Shown: positions 50,235-60,651 of the stretch, one piece after another
Numbering within the stretch: position 1 is the stretch's first letter
Layout: the number at the start of each line of letters is the position of its first letter
Origin: Escherichia coli
GTDB lineage: Bacteria; Pseudomonadota; Gammaproteobacteria; Enterobacterales; Enterobacteriaceae
Assembly: GCF_044324875.1 (NCBI RefSeq)
Contig: NZ_CP172185.1
Reading direction: 5' to 3' (one strand)
DNA length: 64,000 nucleotides
Notes under the pieces: model-generated
Told to the model about the DNA's origin: nothing
The model's database searches: none
What the model saw: the letters and a program-made list of their open reading frames with translations, nothing else
Program-made: the position numbers and the translations under genes

Positions 50235-50912
50235 ATGTCAGAAATTGCCCTGAGTCTTAATGATGTTCATGTTGTTTATACCAGAAGCAGACAGGTCGTG
50301 TTACAGGGTTTTTCAATGTCCGTTCATAAAGGTGAACTTGTATGTCTGCTTGGCGTTTCAGGTTGTGGAAAAACAACCGTATTACGAACTGTAGCAGGCC
50401 TGGAACGATTACAACAAGGTGAAATATTCATATCACAACGCTGTGTAGCCGGAGCCGGAATTCATCTCCCCCCGGAAAAGCGCAGGGTCGGAATGGTCTT
50501 TCAGGAATATGCTCTGTTTCCCCACCTGACAGTAACACAAAATGTAGCCTTTGGTCTGCGCCATCTGCCTTATGAACTACAGCATGCCAGAGTCACTGAA
50601 CTTCTGAAAATGGTTGAATTATTATCCTGTGCAAAGCGCTATCCTCATGAACTCTCAGGTGGACAGCAACAACGTATTGCACTTGCCAGAGCACTGGCCC
50701 CGGCCCCTGATATTTTGTTACTGGATGAGCCATTTTCCAGTCTGGATAAACAAACCAGTGAATACCTAGTGAAAGAAGTACGGGACCTGTTACGTAGTTC
50801 AGGTCAGACAGCCCTGATCGTTACTCATAATGAATCAGAAGCACTCGAAATATCAAACCGTATTTGTATCATGACGGAGGGTAATATAAGTTCGGTTCAG
50901 TCTGTGGTCTGA
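50235..50912 (+). CDS. afuC: ABC transporter ATP-binding protein (AfuC/FbpC-like), possibly lacking a C-terminal regulatory domain
   Basis: 225-aa ORF with Walker A GVSGCGKTT, signature LSGGQQQR, Walker B ILLLDEPFSSLD; ends right after the NBD. Confidence 0.75.
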   Translation: MSEIALSLNDVHVVYTRSRQVVLQGFSMSVHKGELVCLLGVSGCGKTTVLRTVAGLERLQQGEIFISQRCVAGAGIHLPPEKRRVGMVFQEYALFPHLTVTQNVAFGLRHLPYELQHARVTELLKMVELLSCAKRYPHELSGGQQQRIALARALAPAPDILLLDEPFSSLDKQTSEYLVKEVRDLLRSSGQTALIVTHNESEALEISNRICIMTEGNISSVQSVV

Positions 50913-51720
50913 GACGTAACCGCACATTCAGGATCCCCTGTTCGTCATGGAAGCTGTATTATGTAACTATATGGAGGCATAGCAGATATTGTTGAAGAAA
51001 TACATCAAAAACACTCACATTTCTGGTACAACAGGAGTTGTAGATTTAATGATTATTGGGACGAAGTTACTACAGAAAAGCTGTACCGGGAACAGGTATG
51101 GTAGTTCCTTGTCACGTGTGGATTAAATGAGCATAATGCAGATCAATTACAAAAGGCATTTCGTAATAGCTCTGTTGTTGATTCGGTTACCATGATGGCT
51201 GTGGCAAGAGCCACCATGTGACTATACATGATATAATTATTTGTGTGATGTTGTTATACCTGAACAACAGGCATGAGATAATGGAAAAAATTATACATAT
51301 AACTCGGCTTTCCCATACTCCACTACAGAACAGTATATGATTCTGAACATTTCAATCCAGGCGCATTACATAACTATATTACATGTAACTATCTGGCCCT
51401 CAAATCATCGAGAGAATTGTTTAAAGTCAGCAGTCATAATCTGAATATAGATCATTATCACATAATTTAATTCTTAATTCACTACATTTTCCCTTGAATC
51501 CGGTATAATAAGACAGAGCACATGGCTGATGCTTTGTTTCGGTGTGGATAATCTGGTGGCGTCGGCTATGTGCTCTCAACAGTTAACTTATTATGAATAC
51601 TATTATCAATACAGGTTTTACATAAAAAAATAAAAAGCATCTCCTGATATCAGCCCAGTCTCTTTGGGCTAACCAGAATTATACATAAGCTATGCAGATA
51701 TTAATTTGCATACAAAACCA

Positions 51721-52203
51721 TTATTTTCTTGAGCACACTATACTAATGTATCCCAGAAGAGGTCCTGTGCATAATCCTGTTGCTGCCCATAATACAGCAA
51801 GTGAAATATCAGGACCATCTGTATCCGGATAAAATCCTCCATAATAAACAGCAAATACAGTAGAGTATGCATTGAATGCAGGTAAACTACTGTTCATGCA
51901 CGGTATCTGAAGGAGTAAAAGAAGAACATACACTGTTATTATTACTGATATAATGATTGCCAACATGGCAGAAATGTGCAGGGATATCATGTAATTTATA
52001 GCAGCAATACATAACACAGACGTTGCTATACCGGGAAGTAATGAAGCATAAATTTTCTTTAATATGTCAGGCGTCGCTCCCAGAGCATAGTACCATGCCC
52101 AGCCAATAAATATAGCCCACACAGGAATATTAATCCCCGGCCATGAAGCCAGGCATGACATCCCTGCTAACAGGGCTATGGTAAGATTCATCGGTAATTT
52201 CAT
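51721..52203 (-). CDS. hypothetical polytopic membrane protein (DUF1097/YcdZ-like by composition)
   Basis: 160-aa hydrophobic ORF last in the carboxylase gene string; resemblance to YcdZ is by eye only. Confidence 0.45.
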   Translation of the reverse strand: MKLPMNLTIALLAGMSCLASWPGINIPVWAIFIGWAWYYALGATPDILKKIYASLLPGIATSVLCIAAINYMISLHISAMLAIIISVIITVYVLLLLLQIPCMNSSLPAFNAYSTVFAVYYGGFYPDTDGPDISLAVLWAATGLCTGPLLGYISIVCSRK

Positions 52204-52217
52204 TTCAGACGCACCTG

Positions 52218-53204
52218 TTATGAGCCATAAGATAATGAATTAATGAGAAGGTTGAGTCTTTCATTAAATTCTTTACGGATTTCCAGAGCTTTATCCATAC
52301 TGACTTGTGAAAATGTCACACTGGAGCCGGGTGCAAGTTGAGCCAGAATATCGAGATCAGTACTCACTACTGTCCCCACTGTCATATATCCCCCTCCTGA
52401 TACAGCATCCCTGTGCAAAACTATTGGTGTGCTTCCAGAGGGAACCTGAATTGATCCCACGGGATAACAGGCATCAACGATATTTGATGGATCTGAACCA
52501 GCACCAAATGGCGGGTGCCGATCAACAAAATTAAGTGAGCGCCCTCCCTGAAACCTGAAACCTGTTCTGTCTGAATCCTTACTGATCTTCCATACATCAT
52601 CAAAAAAACTTTCAACTGATTCCTGTTTCAGGCGATGGATATACATTCCGGGTACAACACGTAATTCATTTTCTTTAGTAAAAACTGGACGTAACTCATC
52701 TGGCAGAGTGTAATTTATACGCCCTTTATTACATATTGCTTCCTGTACGGGTAATTCATCTCCGGCCTGTAACCGACGTCCTTTATAACCACCAAGACTG
52801 CCAAGGAGGTAAGTAGAACGACTTCCGGCAATAACAGGGACATTAATACCTCCCGCGATGGCAAGGTAACAGCGTACACCCACCGTGGTGTATGCGATTT
52901 TTAATATCTGTCCTTTCCGGGCTAACAGGGATGTATTCACCGGAACACTCTGATTATCCAGGGTCACCGTAAAAGGGGCACCGCTGACTGCAAAAAGAGT
53001 ATCCTGCTCAAACAAGAGTTCGGGCCCCAGTAATGTGCATTCCAGCGCTGCATCAAACGGGTGATTACCGACAAGCAAATTGGCGGTAACTAACCCTGTA
53101 CGATCTAATGCACCGGATGGCGGGATCCCGAGATGATAAAAGCCTTCTCGTCCTCCGTCCTGAACGGACGTGGATAATCCGGGCGTCAATACTTTAATTC
53201 CCAT
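52218..53204 (-). CDS. KipA/PxpC-family protein (allophanate hydrolase subunit 2-type carboxyltransferase domain)
   Basis: ORF 52218-53252; internal start MGIKVLTPGLSTSVQDGGREGFYHLGIPPSGALD... Confidence 0.8.
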   Translation of the reverse strand: MGIKVLTPGLSTSVQDGGREGFYHLGIPPSGALDRTGLVTANLLVGNHPFDAALECTLLGPELLFEQDTLFAVSGAPFTVTLDNQSVPVNTSLLARKGQILKIAYTTVGVRCYLAIAGGINVPVIAGSRSTYLLGSLGGYKGRRLQAGDELPVQEAICNKGRINYTLPDELRPVFTKENELRVVPGMYIHRLKQESVESFFDDVWKISKDSDRTGFRFQGGRSLNFVDRHPPFGAGSDPSNIVDACYPVGSIQVPSGSTPIVLHRDAVSGGGYMTVGTVVSTDLDILAQLAPGSSVTFSQVSMDKALEIRKEFNERLNLLINSLSYGS

Positions 53205-54078
53205 ACAGTTCTCCCAGTAAATTTTTAGTATAATCTTCAGGATTTTCTTCAAATGCGTTCAAATCAAAATTTACAGGCCTGATAAGTAATTCAAAATTAC
53301 CAGATTCCACATCACTTATACATTGATTATATTGTTCAGTATTGATCGCCCTGAACTTAATGATGTCCCCTGCCCGGAAAAACACCATAGAGTCTTTGAA
53401 ATATGATAATTTCTGTTCTGTGTCATAAATCGGAGCTGGTGTTATACCGAACAATTGATACCCACCTGCCCCCCGGACTGGATATATAGCCCCGAAGCAC
53501 CCGCCATGACCAACAGAATGTTTTGGTGTATCAGTTCTGGGAACAAGATATTTTGGAACCTGGATTTGCTTTTTCCGGTCAACCATCTGATACATAAAAG
53601 GCAGCCCGGCAACGAAGCCAACCATAGAAACAAACCAGGGACTTGAATGATGGGCCTCAATAAACGTCTGAACATCCGGATATCCGTTTATTTCAGCAGC
53701 ATACTCAAGATCGGTTAATGCCGGGTTTTGATGATTATTCCGGAACCGCATCAGGGTTTCATGAGTCCATGGATCATTATACAATACAGGAATTTCAATT
53801 ATACGTGTCTGTAGTGTCATTTCTCCATTCCCGGAGAGCACATTAACATTTCGTATCTGTTGTAACAAATCATCAGGGTGTATAATGTCGGGATTAAATC
53901 TTATCTGACATGATGCATTTGCAAGGCAAATATCGAGCACACCATTAATATTTAATGATTCTATTTTTCTCGTAAGAGACAAGCTGTGAAAAAATGCTTT
54001 AAGAGACATTTCCTCACTGACTTCGATGAAAAGATGCTCATCAGCACCAAATGTATAGCGCAAATTTATATCAGTCAT
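53194..54078 (-). CDS. KipI/PxpB-family protein (allophanate hydrolase subunit 1-type)
   Basis: 294-aa ORF; overlaps downstream KipA-like gene by 11 bp; cyclophilin-like AHS1 pattern. Confidence 0.8.
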   Translation of the reverse strand: MTDINLRYTFGADEHLFIEVSEEMSLKAFFHSLSLTRKIESLNINGVLDICLANASCQIRFNPDIIHPDDLLQQIRNVNVLSGNGEMTLQTRIIEIPVLYNDPWTHETLMRFRNNHQNPALTDLEYAAEINGYPDVQTFIEAHHSSPWFVSMVGFVAGLPFMYQMVDRKKQIQVPKYLVPRTDTPKHSVGHGGCFGAIYPVRGAGGYQLFGITPAPIYDTEQKLSYFKDSMVFFRAGDIIKFRAINTEQYNQCISDVESGNFELLIRPVNFDLNAFEENPEDYTKNLLGELYGN

Positions 54079-54087
54079 ACAGGTTCC

Positions 54088-55449
54088 TCATTTAAATGCA
54101 CCGGTATTCAGCCAGTCTTCAAGCGTTTTATTATGAAACTGAGCATTTCTGAAAAACTCAGCTGATAATAATGCTTCATGAAGAGGTATAGTTGTATGAA
54201 CGCCTTCTATTTGCATATTACCAAGGGTCTCCCGGGCAAGACTTATCGTTTTTTCTCTGCTGTCAGTATGAATAATAAGTTTTGCCAGTAAAGAATCATA
54301 CCAGAGAGGCATCTTATACCCTTCAAACATGTGAGTATCGACTCTTATTCCCTGCCCTTCAGGTATCTGCAATACCGATATTGTTCCGGGACTGGGCATA
54401 AAACCATTGTAAGGATTTTCTGCATTAATCCTCATTTCAATTGCAGCTCCCTGTAACGTAATCTCATCCTGTCCAAACGACAGAGAGTCGCCCCCGGCAA
54501 TTCTCAGCATCCAGTCGATAATATCAATGCCTGTGACCATTTCTGTAACCGGATGTTCAACCTGAATCCGCGTATTCATTTCAATAAAAAAGAATTCCCC
54601 GCTCCGGTCATCGACCAGGTACTCAATAGTTCCTGCGCTTGAATAATTCAGCATTCTGGCGAGATTCAGTGCACTCTGACATAAGGCCTCACGTAGTGAC
54701 GCTGAAACAGAAGGCGATGGCGCTTCTTCTGTCACTTTTTGTCTTTTTCTCTGCAGAGAACACTCTCGTTCAAACAGGTGAACGATGTTTTTTCCGTCTC
54801 CAAGGATCTGAACTTCAACATGACGGGCTTCCGGTATATAACGTTCCAGATATACACCATCGTGCCCGAAAGCTGCTTTTGCTTCAGCACGCGCTACTGT
54901 ATATTCATGCACCAGCTGTTCCGGAGAATGTACAATCCGTATCCCCTTCCCGCCTCCCCCGGCCGAGGCCTTTATCAATAAAGGATATCCGGTAATATCC
55001 GATGCTACTGATAATGCCTCCTCAGGGCTTATAACCTCGCCATTTGAGCCTGGTACAACCGGGACACCTGCCTTTATCGCGCAATCTCTCGCGATTGCTT
55101 TATCCCCCATTTGCTCAATAATCTGAGGAGATGGCCCAACAAAAATAAGCCCTGCATCGAGCACCGCACGGGCAAAAGACGCATTCTCCGACAGAAAACC
55201 ATATCCGGGATGAATGGCCTGAGCGCCAGACTGAAGGGCTGCATCAATTATCTTCTTTCCGTCCAGATAACTGTCATCGGCACGGGATTTACCTATGACA
55301 ATAACTTCATCGGCGCTCTTTGCCGGAAGAGAATTGATGTCTGATTCGCTACATGCCAGCACCGTTTTTATATTCAGCTTCTTTGCACTTCGTATAATTC
55401 GTAATGCAATCTCACCTCTGTTGGCAATAAGCAGTTTTTGAATACTCAT
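54088..55449 (-). CDS. biotin carboxylase (AccC-like ATP-grasp enzyme)
   Basis: 453-aa ORF MSIQKLLIANRGEIALRIIRSAKKLNIKTV...; ATP-grasp and biotin carboxylase signatures. Confidence 0.85.
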   Translation of the reverse strand: MSIQKLLIANRGEIALRIIRSAKKLNIKTVLACSESDINSLPAKSADEVIVIGKSRADDSYLDGKKIIDAALQSGAQAIHPGYGFLSENASFARAVLDAGLIFVGPSPQIIEQMGDKAIARDCAIKAGVPVVPGSNGEVISPEEALSVASDITGYPLLIKASAGGGGKGIRIVHSPEQLVHEYTVARAEAKAAFGHDGVYLERYIPEARHVEVQILGDGKNIVHLFERECSLQRKRQKVTEEAPSPSVSASLREALCQSALNLARMLNYSSAGTIEYLVDDRSGEFFFIEMNTRIQVEHPVTEMVTGIDIIDWMLRIAGGDSLSFGQDEITLQGAAIEMRINAENPYNGFMPSPGTISVLQIPEGQGIRVDTHMFEGYKMPLWYDSLLAKLIIHTDSREKTISLARETLGNMQIEGVHTTIPLHEALLSAEFFRNAQFHNKTLEDWLNTGAFK

Positions 55450-55621
55450 GCTCAGTTCCTTATATTATTTCTATGGTAGCCAGTACCTGACCAGGTTCCA
55501 CTTCCTCCCCATTCTCCACCTTAAACTGGATAGACTGGCCCCCTGAATCTCCAGACAACCAGTATCACTTAAATAAGTGATAGTCTTAATACTAGTTTTT
55601 AGACTAGTCATTGGAGAACAG

Positions 55622-55987
55622 ATGATTGATGTCTTAGGGCCGGAGAAACGCAGACGGCGTACCACACAGGAAAAGATCGCAATTGTTCAGCAGAGCTTTG
55701 AACCGGGGATGACGGTCTCCCTCGTTGCCCGGCAACATGGTGTAGCAGCCAGCCAGTTATTTCTCTGGCGTAAGCAATACCAGGAAGGAAGTCTTACTGC
55801 TGTCGCCGCCGGAGAACAGGTTGTTCCTGCCTCTGAACTTGCTGCCGCCATGAAGCAGATTAAAGAACTCCAGCGCCTGCTCGGCAAGAAAACGATGGAA
55901 AATGAACTCCTCAAAGAAGCCGTTGAATATGGACGGGCAAAAAAGTGGATAGCGCACGCGCCCTTATTGCCCGGGGATGGGGAGTAA
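55622..55987 (+). CDS. insC: IS2 transposase OrfA (InsC)
   Basis: ATG at 55622, [41 protein letters not shown]... Confidence 0.93.
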
Positions 55988-56850
55988 GCTTAGTCAGCCG
56001 TTGTCTCCGGGTGTCGCGTGCGCAGTTGCACGTCATTCTCAGACGAACCGATGACTGGATGGATGGCCGCCGCAGTCGTCACACTGATGATACGGATGTG
56101 CTTCTCCGTATACACCATGTTATCGGAGAGCTGCCAACGTATGGTTATCGTCGGGTATGGGCGCTGCTTCGCAGACAGGCAGAACTTGATGGTATGCCTG
56201 CGATCAATGCCAAACGTGTTTACCGGATCATGCGCCAGAATGCGCTGTTGCTTGAGCGAAAACCTGCTGTACCGCCATCGAAACGGGCACATACAGGCAG
56301 AGTGGCTGTGAAAGAAAGTAATCAGCGATGGTGCTCTGACGGGTTCGAGTTCCGCTGTGATAACGGAGAAAAACTGCGAGTCACGTTCGCGCTGGACTGC
56401 TGTGACCGTGAGGCACTGCACTGGGCGGTCACTACGGGCGGCTTCAACAGTGAAACAGTACAGGACGTCATGCTGGGAGCGGTGGAACGCCGCTTCGGCA
56501 ACGAGCTTCCGGCGTCTCCAGTAGAGTGGCTGACGGATAATGGTTCATGCTACCGGGCTAATGAAACACGGCAGTTTGCCCGGATGTTGGGGCTTGAACC
56601 GAAGAGCACGGCGGTGCGGAGTCCGGAGAGTAACGGCATAGCAGAGAGCTTCGTGAAAACGATAAAGCGTGACTACATCAGTGTCATGCCCAAACCAGAC
56701 GGGTTAACGGCAGCAAAGAACCTTGCAGAGGCGTTCGAGCATTATAACGAATGGCATCCGCATAGTGCACTGGGTTATCGCTCGCCACGGGAATATCTAC
56801 GGCAGCAAGCCAGTAATGGGTTAAGTGATAACAGGTGTCTGGAAATATAG
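55945..56850 (+). CDS. insD: IS2 transposase OrfB (InsD)
   Basis: 301-aa ORF overlapping insC (frameshift fusion arrangement); DDE integrase core. Confidence 0.93.
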
Positions 56851-57058
56851 GGGCAAATCCACTGGATATTAGTCCCGGTTGTTTCAGCATGAATTTCGTT
56901 AAACTGCTTCATTATTTCAATCAACCCAATGACGGTACTCTCCTGAACAGTGTCACCATTCTCCAGAAACGGGGCACTATCAGGTGCTGGTTTCCGATAA
57001 AATACACCAGGTAAAGGTGAAAGAATTTCTGTAACAGCCATAACATCCTCCATGTATA

Positions 57059-57820
57059 TCAGTTTTGAGAATTTACACTTATGTCTGCCTCACGTAAGGC
57101 TTTATTTATTGCAATCAGAAGAGATAAGGCACCGGGCGTATCACTATGGACACAGACAGAAGAGAAATGAATGTCAATATCCTGATCTTCTACAGTACGA
57201 ACTTTTCCCTCCAGACAGGCACGCAGCACTTTTTTTGCGACATCATCAGGATTAAGAGGTTCAGTTCTCCGTATAAATACAATGGAACCGCTTTGATCAT
57301 AATCCCTGTCGGCATAAAACTCACAAATAACAGGATGTCCGATTTGCGTCGCTTCTTTCCAGATGGCACTACCATACATGCAATATATTCTCAATTCAGG
57401 CGCATAACTATGAAGCGTTGAGACAAAATGCTTTGCAGCATCCCGATCATGAGCAAGATGCATATACAACGCGCCATGAGGCTTAACATGGTTTACAGGC
57501 ACATTGTGTAATGTGGCAAATTCACGCAAGGCCCCCAGCTGATAAATCATGTCATTGGTGATTTCCTCTGCGGTGCAGTGAATATGACGCCGGCCAAAAC
57601 CAGCCAGATCACGATAACCGGGATGAGCACCGACAGACACACCACTGTCACGGGCGCTGATTATTGTACGGTGCATAATCCCCGGATCACCTGCATGAAA
57701 ACCTGTCGCTATATTCGCTGAGGAGATGTATGGCATAATATCAATATCCCGGATATCTCCGAGAGTCCATGCTCCAAAGCTTTCCCCCATATCAGAGCTG
57801 ATATCAATACTGCGAAGCAT
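57059..57820 (-). CDS. LamB/YcsF-family protein (PxpA-like lactam utilisation protein)
   Basis: ORF 57059-57868; ATG at 57820 (MLRSIDISSDMGESFGAW...) preceded by GGAGG. Confidence 0.8.
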   Translation of the reverse strand: MLRSIDISSDMGESFGAWTLGDIRDIDIMPYISSANIATGFHAGDPGIMHRTIISARDSGVSVGAHPGYRDLAGFGRRHIHCTAEEITNDMIYQLGALREFATLHNVPVNHVKPHGALYMHLAHDRDAAKHFVSTLHSYAPELRIYCMYGSAIWKEATQIGHPVICEFYADRDYDQSGSIVFIRRTEPLNPDDVAKKVLRACLEGKVRTVEDQDIDIHFSSVCVHSDTPGALSLLIAINKALREADISVNSQN

Positions 57821-57962
57821 TAAAACCTCCGTCTGACAAATACGGTAACAGTATGTCATGTAGCACATTTGTTTCTTTATTGTAAATTATTATTTTTCTA
57901 TGGTAATATATTAAATTTATTTATAATTACTGTTGCAAAAATATCTTTATCAGGAAAATTTG

Positions 57963-58898
57963 ATGAACATCACACTCAGACAGATAAAATATTTCGTATC
58001 AACAGCGGAGTCCGGATCGTTATCAACTGCAGCCAAATCACTCAATATTTCACAGTCTGCGATAACAACAGCAATTCAGGGGCTTGAAAGGGACATCGGT
58101 TATAAATTACTGATTCGCTCAAAATCTGGCGTTGATTTAACAGATGAGGGAAGACTGTTCTTATACAATGCCTACAATATTATCCGGACATATGATGAGG
58201 CAATAAATACAGTGCATGTTCAGAAGCCTTTGCATGGAACAGTTTCCATTGCGGCGACTTATACAATAATGGGATATTTTTTACCTGTTCATCTGAAACA
58301 ATTTTCAAGAATTTATCCACATATAAAGCTGGAGCTTTTTGAAAATCAAAGAAGCATTATTGAAACCGGACTTCTCAGCGGAAAATATGATATTGGGATT
58401 GTAATCAATGATAATCTGACATGTCCCGATATTGTATCAGAAACACTGTTACGGTCGGAGCGCCGTATATGGTTACCATCCGGCCACCCTCTGCTGGAAA
58501 AAGAAATTCTCTCCCTGAATGATATTGTCTCAGAGCCTTTTATTATCCTTGATGTGGATGAAGCATGGGAAACAGCAAAACGTTACTGGAATACGGCCAG
58601 TACCATGCCAGATGTAATTTTACATACGCATTCTATTGAAGCTGTACGAAGTATGGTTGCGAATGATATGGGTATAACCATTCTTTCTGACATGGTTTAT
58701 CGCCCATGGTCGCTTGAAGGGAAACGTATAGAAACACGCGCATTATCTAAATCAGAAGTTTTCCCAATGAGTATTGGCCTGGCATGGCGTAATAATGTTG
58801 AGTTTACGCCTGCAATGCAGGCTTTCATCAATTATTTCAGAAAGATTTTTATGTGTTCTCCCGGTTATCAAAACCGGAATGTTGACCACTTTATCTGA
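57963..58898 (+). CDS. LysR-family transcriptional regulator, divergent from the carboxylase operon
   Basis: ORF 57933-58898; ATG at 57963 gives MNITLRQIKYFVSTAESGSLSTAAKSLNISQSAITTAIQGLE (LysR HTH). Confidence 0.8.
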   Translation: MNITLRQIKYFVSTAESGSLSTAAKSLNISQSAITTAIQGLERDIGYKLLIRSKSGVDLTDEGRLFLYNAYNIIRTYDEAINTVHVQKPLHGTVSIAATYTIMGYFLPVHLKQFSRIYPHIKLELFENQRSIIETGLLSGKYDIGIVINDNLTCPDIVSETLLRSERRIWLPSGHPLLEKEILSLNDIVSEPFIILDVDEAWETAKRYWNTASTMPDVILHTHSIEAVRSMVANDMGITILSDMVYRPWSLEGKRIETRALSKSEVFPMSIGLAWRNNVEFTPAMQAFINYFRKIFMCSPGYQNRNVDHFI

Positions 58899-59039
58899 TG
58901 TGTTAAAGACATCACTTTATTATTACCACTATAGCTGAACTCATTGAAGATGATTAACTACTGTCTGCTCAGAGAAACGATGTAAAGTGAAATGTGAATA
59001 CTCCTGACCAGAGTGTTGTTCCCTCTGTTACCAGCCACC

Positions 59040-60497
59040 TCAGACCTTTACCAGCACCTGAGGGCAGTGATGGCGCAAACAGGTCAGAAGCGTGGCGAAA
59101 GCCTCTTCCATCTGCGCTTCCGGCAGACTCGCAAATCCCATCAACAGTCCTCTTTTACGCTGTGCTGTCAGGTAGTAAAGCGACAGCGGACGCACCAGTA
59201 TATTTTGTGCATTGGCGCTGGCCGCAACCGCAACATCATCAACATCGTCCGGTAAATTTAATATCAGATGCAGCCCGGCATTATCGCTGAAATCTGACAG
59301 TGCCTGTGTTCCACAGTGACGTTCAATCAGTTCACCAAGAAAGGCGCGACGGCGACTGTACAGTAACCGCATACGGCGAATATGAGCAGAATAATGCCCT
59401 CCGTTGATAAACTCAGCCAGTGCCATCTGGATCAGTGTATGCCCGCCACGATAAAGCTCAGCATGGGCACGTTTTAAAGCCTCTTTCAGCGGGCGCGGTA
59501 ATACCAGATAACCCAGCCTCAGTCCGGGATACACTGTCTTGCTGAAAGTACCAATATACACCACTGGTGCATCGTCAATAAGCCCCTGTAGTGCCGGAAC
59601 TGGTTGACCGGAAAAGCGAAATTCACTGTCATAATCATCTTCCACAATCCAGCTTCCATGCTGTCTGGCAAGGGCCAGCAAGCGTTGCCGTCGCTCAAGA
59701 CTCATCACCACGCCCAGAGGGTATTGATGGGATGGCGTGACGAAAATCAGCCTGGGAGGTGGCATCAGGCGTTCGGGAGGTACCAGACCACTGGCATCAA
59801 CGGCAACAGGGGTGATCTGCACAGCATTCATTGCCAGTACATGGCGTATTCCCCAGTAAGACGGCTCTTCCACCCATGCCATATCACCGGCATCTGCCAG
59901 CATGCGTGCAACAAGATCGATCGCCTGATGGATACCTTCGGTGATAAGTATCTGATCAGCCTGACAGCGTACGCCACGCGCAATCCGTAAATAATCAACC
60001 AGTGCATGCTGTAATTCCGGTGTCCCTCCGGTACAGCTATAGCTCAGCCGCTCCGGCTCAGGACGGCGACTGATACGCGCCTGAATCCTGCTGAACAGGG
60101 GGTGGGGAAAGGCACTGACATCCGGGACGCCGGGAATAAATGCCCCCCACTGGCACGGACTGGCGCTGACATGCCGGAGCAGATAATCCCCGCGGTGAGA
60201 AACAGCAGAACTCAGCCTGGCATCTTCACTTTTTTCCGTGTTACTGAACGCCATTAAGAAGGTATCAGGAGCCGTCTGTGCGACGAATGTTCCGCTTCCA
60301 CGACGTGATACCACATATCCTTCCGCCTGTAATTGTTCATAAGTTGTTAATACTGTGTTTCTTGAGATTCCAAGTTCAACTGCAAGTTCCCTGGAGGCAG
60401 GGAGACGGCTGTGCGGCGGTAAAGAGCCATCGAGAATAGCATAGCGAAGCGCATTATAGAGCCGTTTGTGCAGAAGTTTATCCTGCTCCTGACCCAT
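59040..60497 (-). CDS. MocR/GabR-type regulator (GntR HTH fused to PLP aminotransferase-like domain)
   Basis: ORF 59040-60533; N-terminal GntR HTH (RLPASRELAVELGISRNTVLTTYEQLQAEGYV) plus large fold-type I domain; start codon uncertain. Confidence 0.8.
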   Translation of the reverse strand: MGQEQDKLLHKRLYNALRYAILDGSLPPHSRLPASRELAVELGISRNTVLTTYEQLQAEGYVVSRRGSGTFVAQTAPDTFLMAFSNTEKSEDARLSSAVSHRGDYLLRHVSASPCQWGAFIPGVPDVSAFPHPLFSRIQARISRRPEPERLSYSCTGGTPELQHALVDYLRIARGVRCQADQILITEGIHQAIDLVARMLADAGDMAWVEEPSYWGIRHVLAMNAVQITPVAVDASGLVPPERLMPPPRLIFVTPSHQYPLGVVMSLERRQRLLALARQHGSWIVEDDYDSEFRFSGQPVPALQGLIDDAPVVYIGTFSKTVYPGLRLGYLVLPRPLKEALKRAHAELYRGGHTLIQMALAEFINGGHYSAHIRRMRLLYSRRRAFLGELIERHCGTQALSDFSDNAGLHLILNLPDDVDDVAVAASANAQNILVRPLSLYYLTAQRKRGLLMGFASLPEAQMEEAFATLLTCLRHHCPQVLVKV

Positions 60498-60651
60498 TCT
60501 GAACAGCAGCAGATCGCCTATGAATGCCCTCAACTGGATCCCTCAGATAATCAAAATTGGTACTCGATTATAGTGCCATCGCCTGCCTAAATAAACAACA
60601 CAGCGTCTCATTTGTTGCAGTTAAGTGACATATTTAACAGGAGAGTCGGGA

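Larger units (their letters stand above)
55531..56861 (+). mobile_element. IS2 (IS3 family), 1331 bp
   Basis: Ends TAGACTGGCCCCCTGAATCTCCAGACAACC... and ...GGAAATATAGGGGCAAATCCA; 5-bp direct repeat CTGGA at 55526-55530 and 56862-56866. Confidence 0.93.
55460..57041 (-). pseudogene. biotin carboxyl carrier protein (biotinyl domain, about 81-85 aa) interrupted by IS2
   Basis: N-fragment 56865-57041 (MAVTEILSPLPGVFYRKPAPDSAPFLENGDTVQESTVIGLIEIMKQFNEIHAETTGTN, biotinyl-Lys motif IEIMKQ) and C-fragment 55460-55530 (..QFKVENGEEVEPGQVLATIEII) join in frame once IS2 and one TSD copy are removed. Confidence 0.75.
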
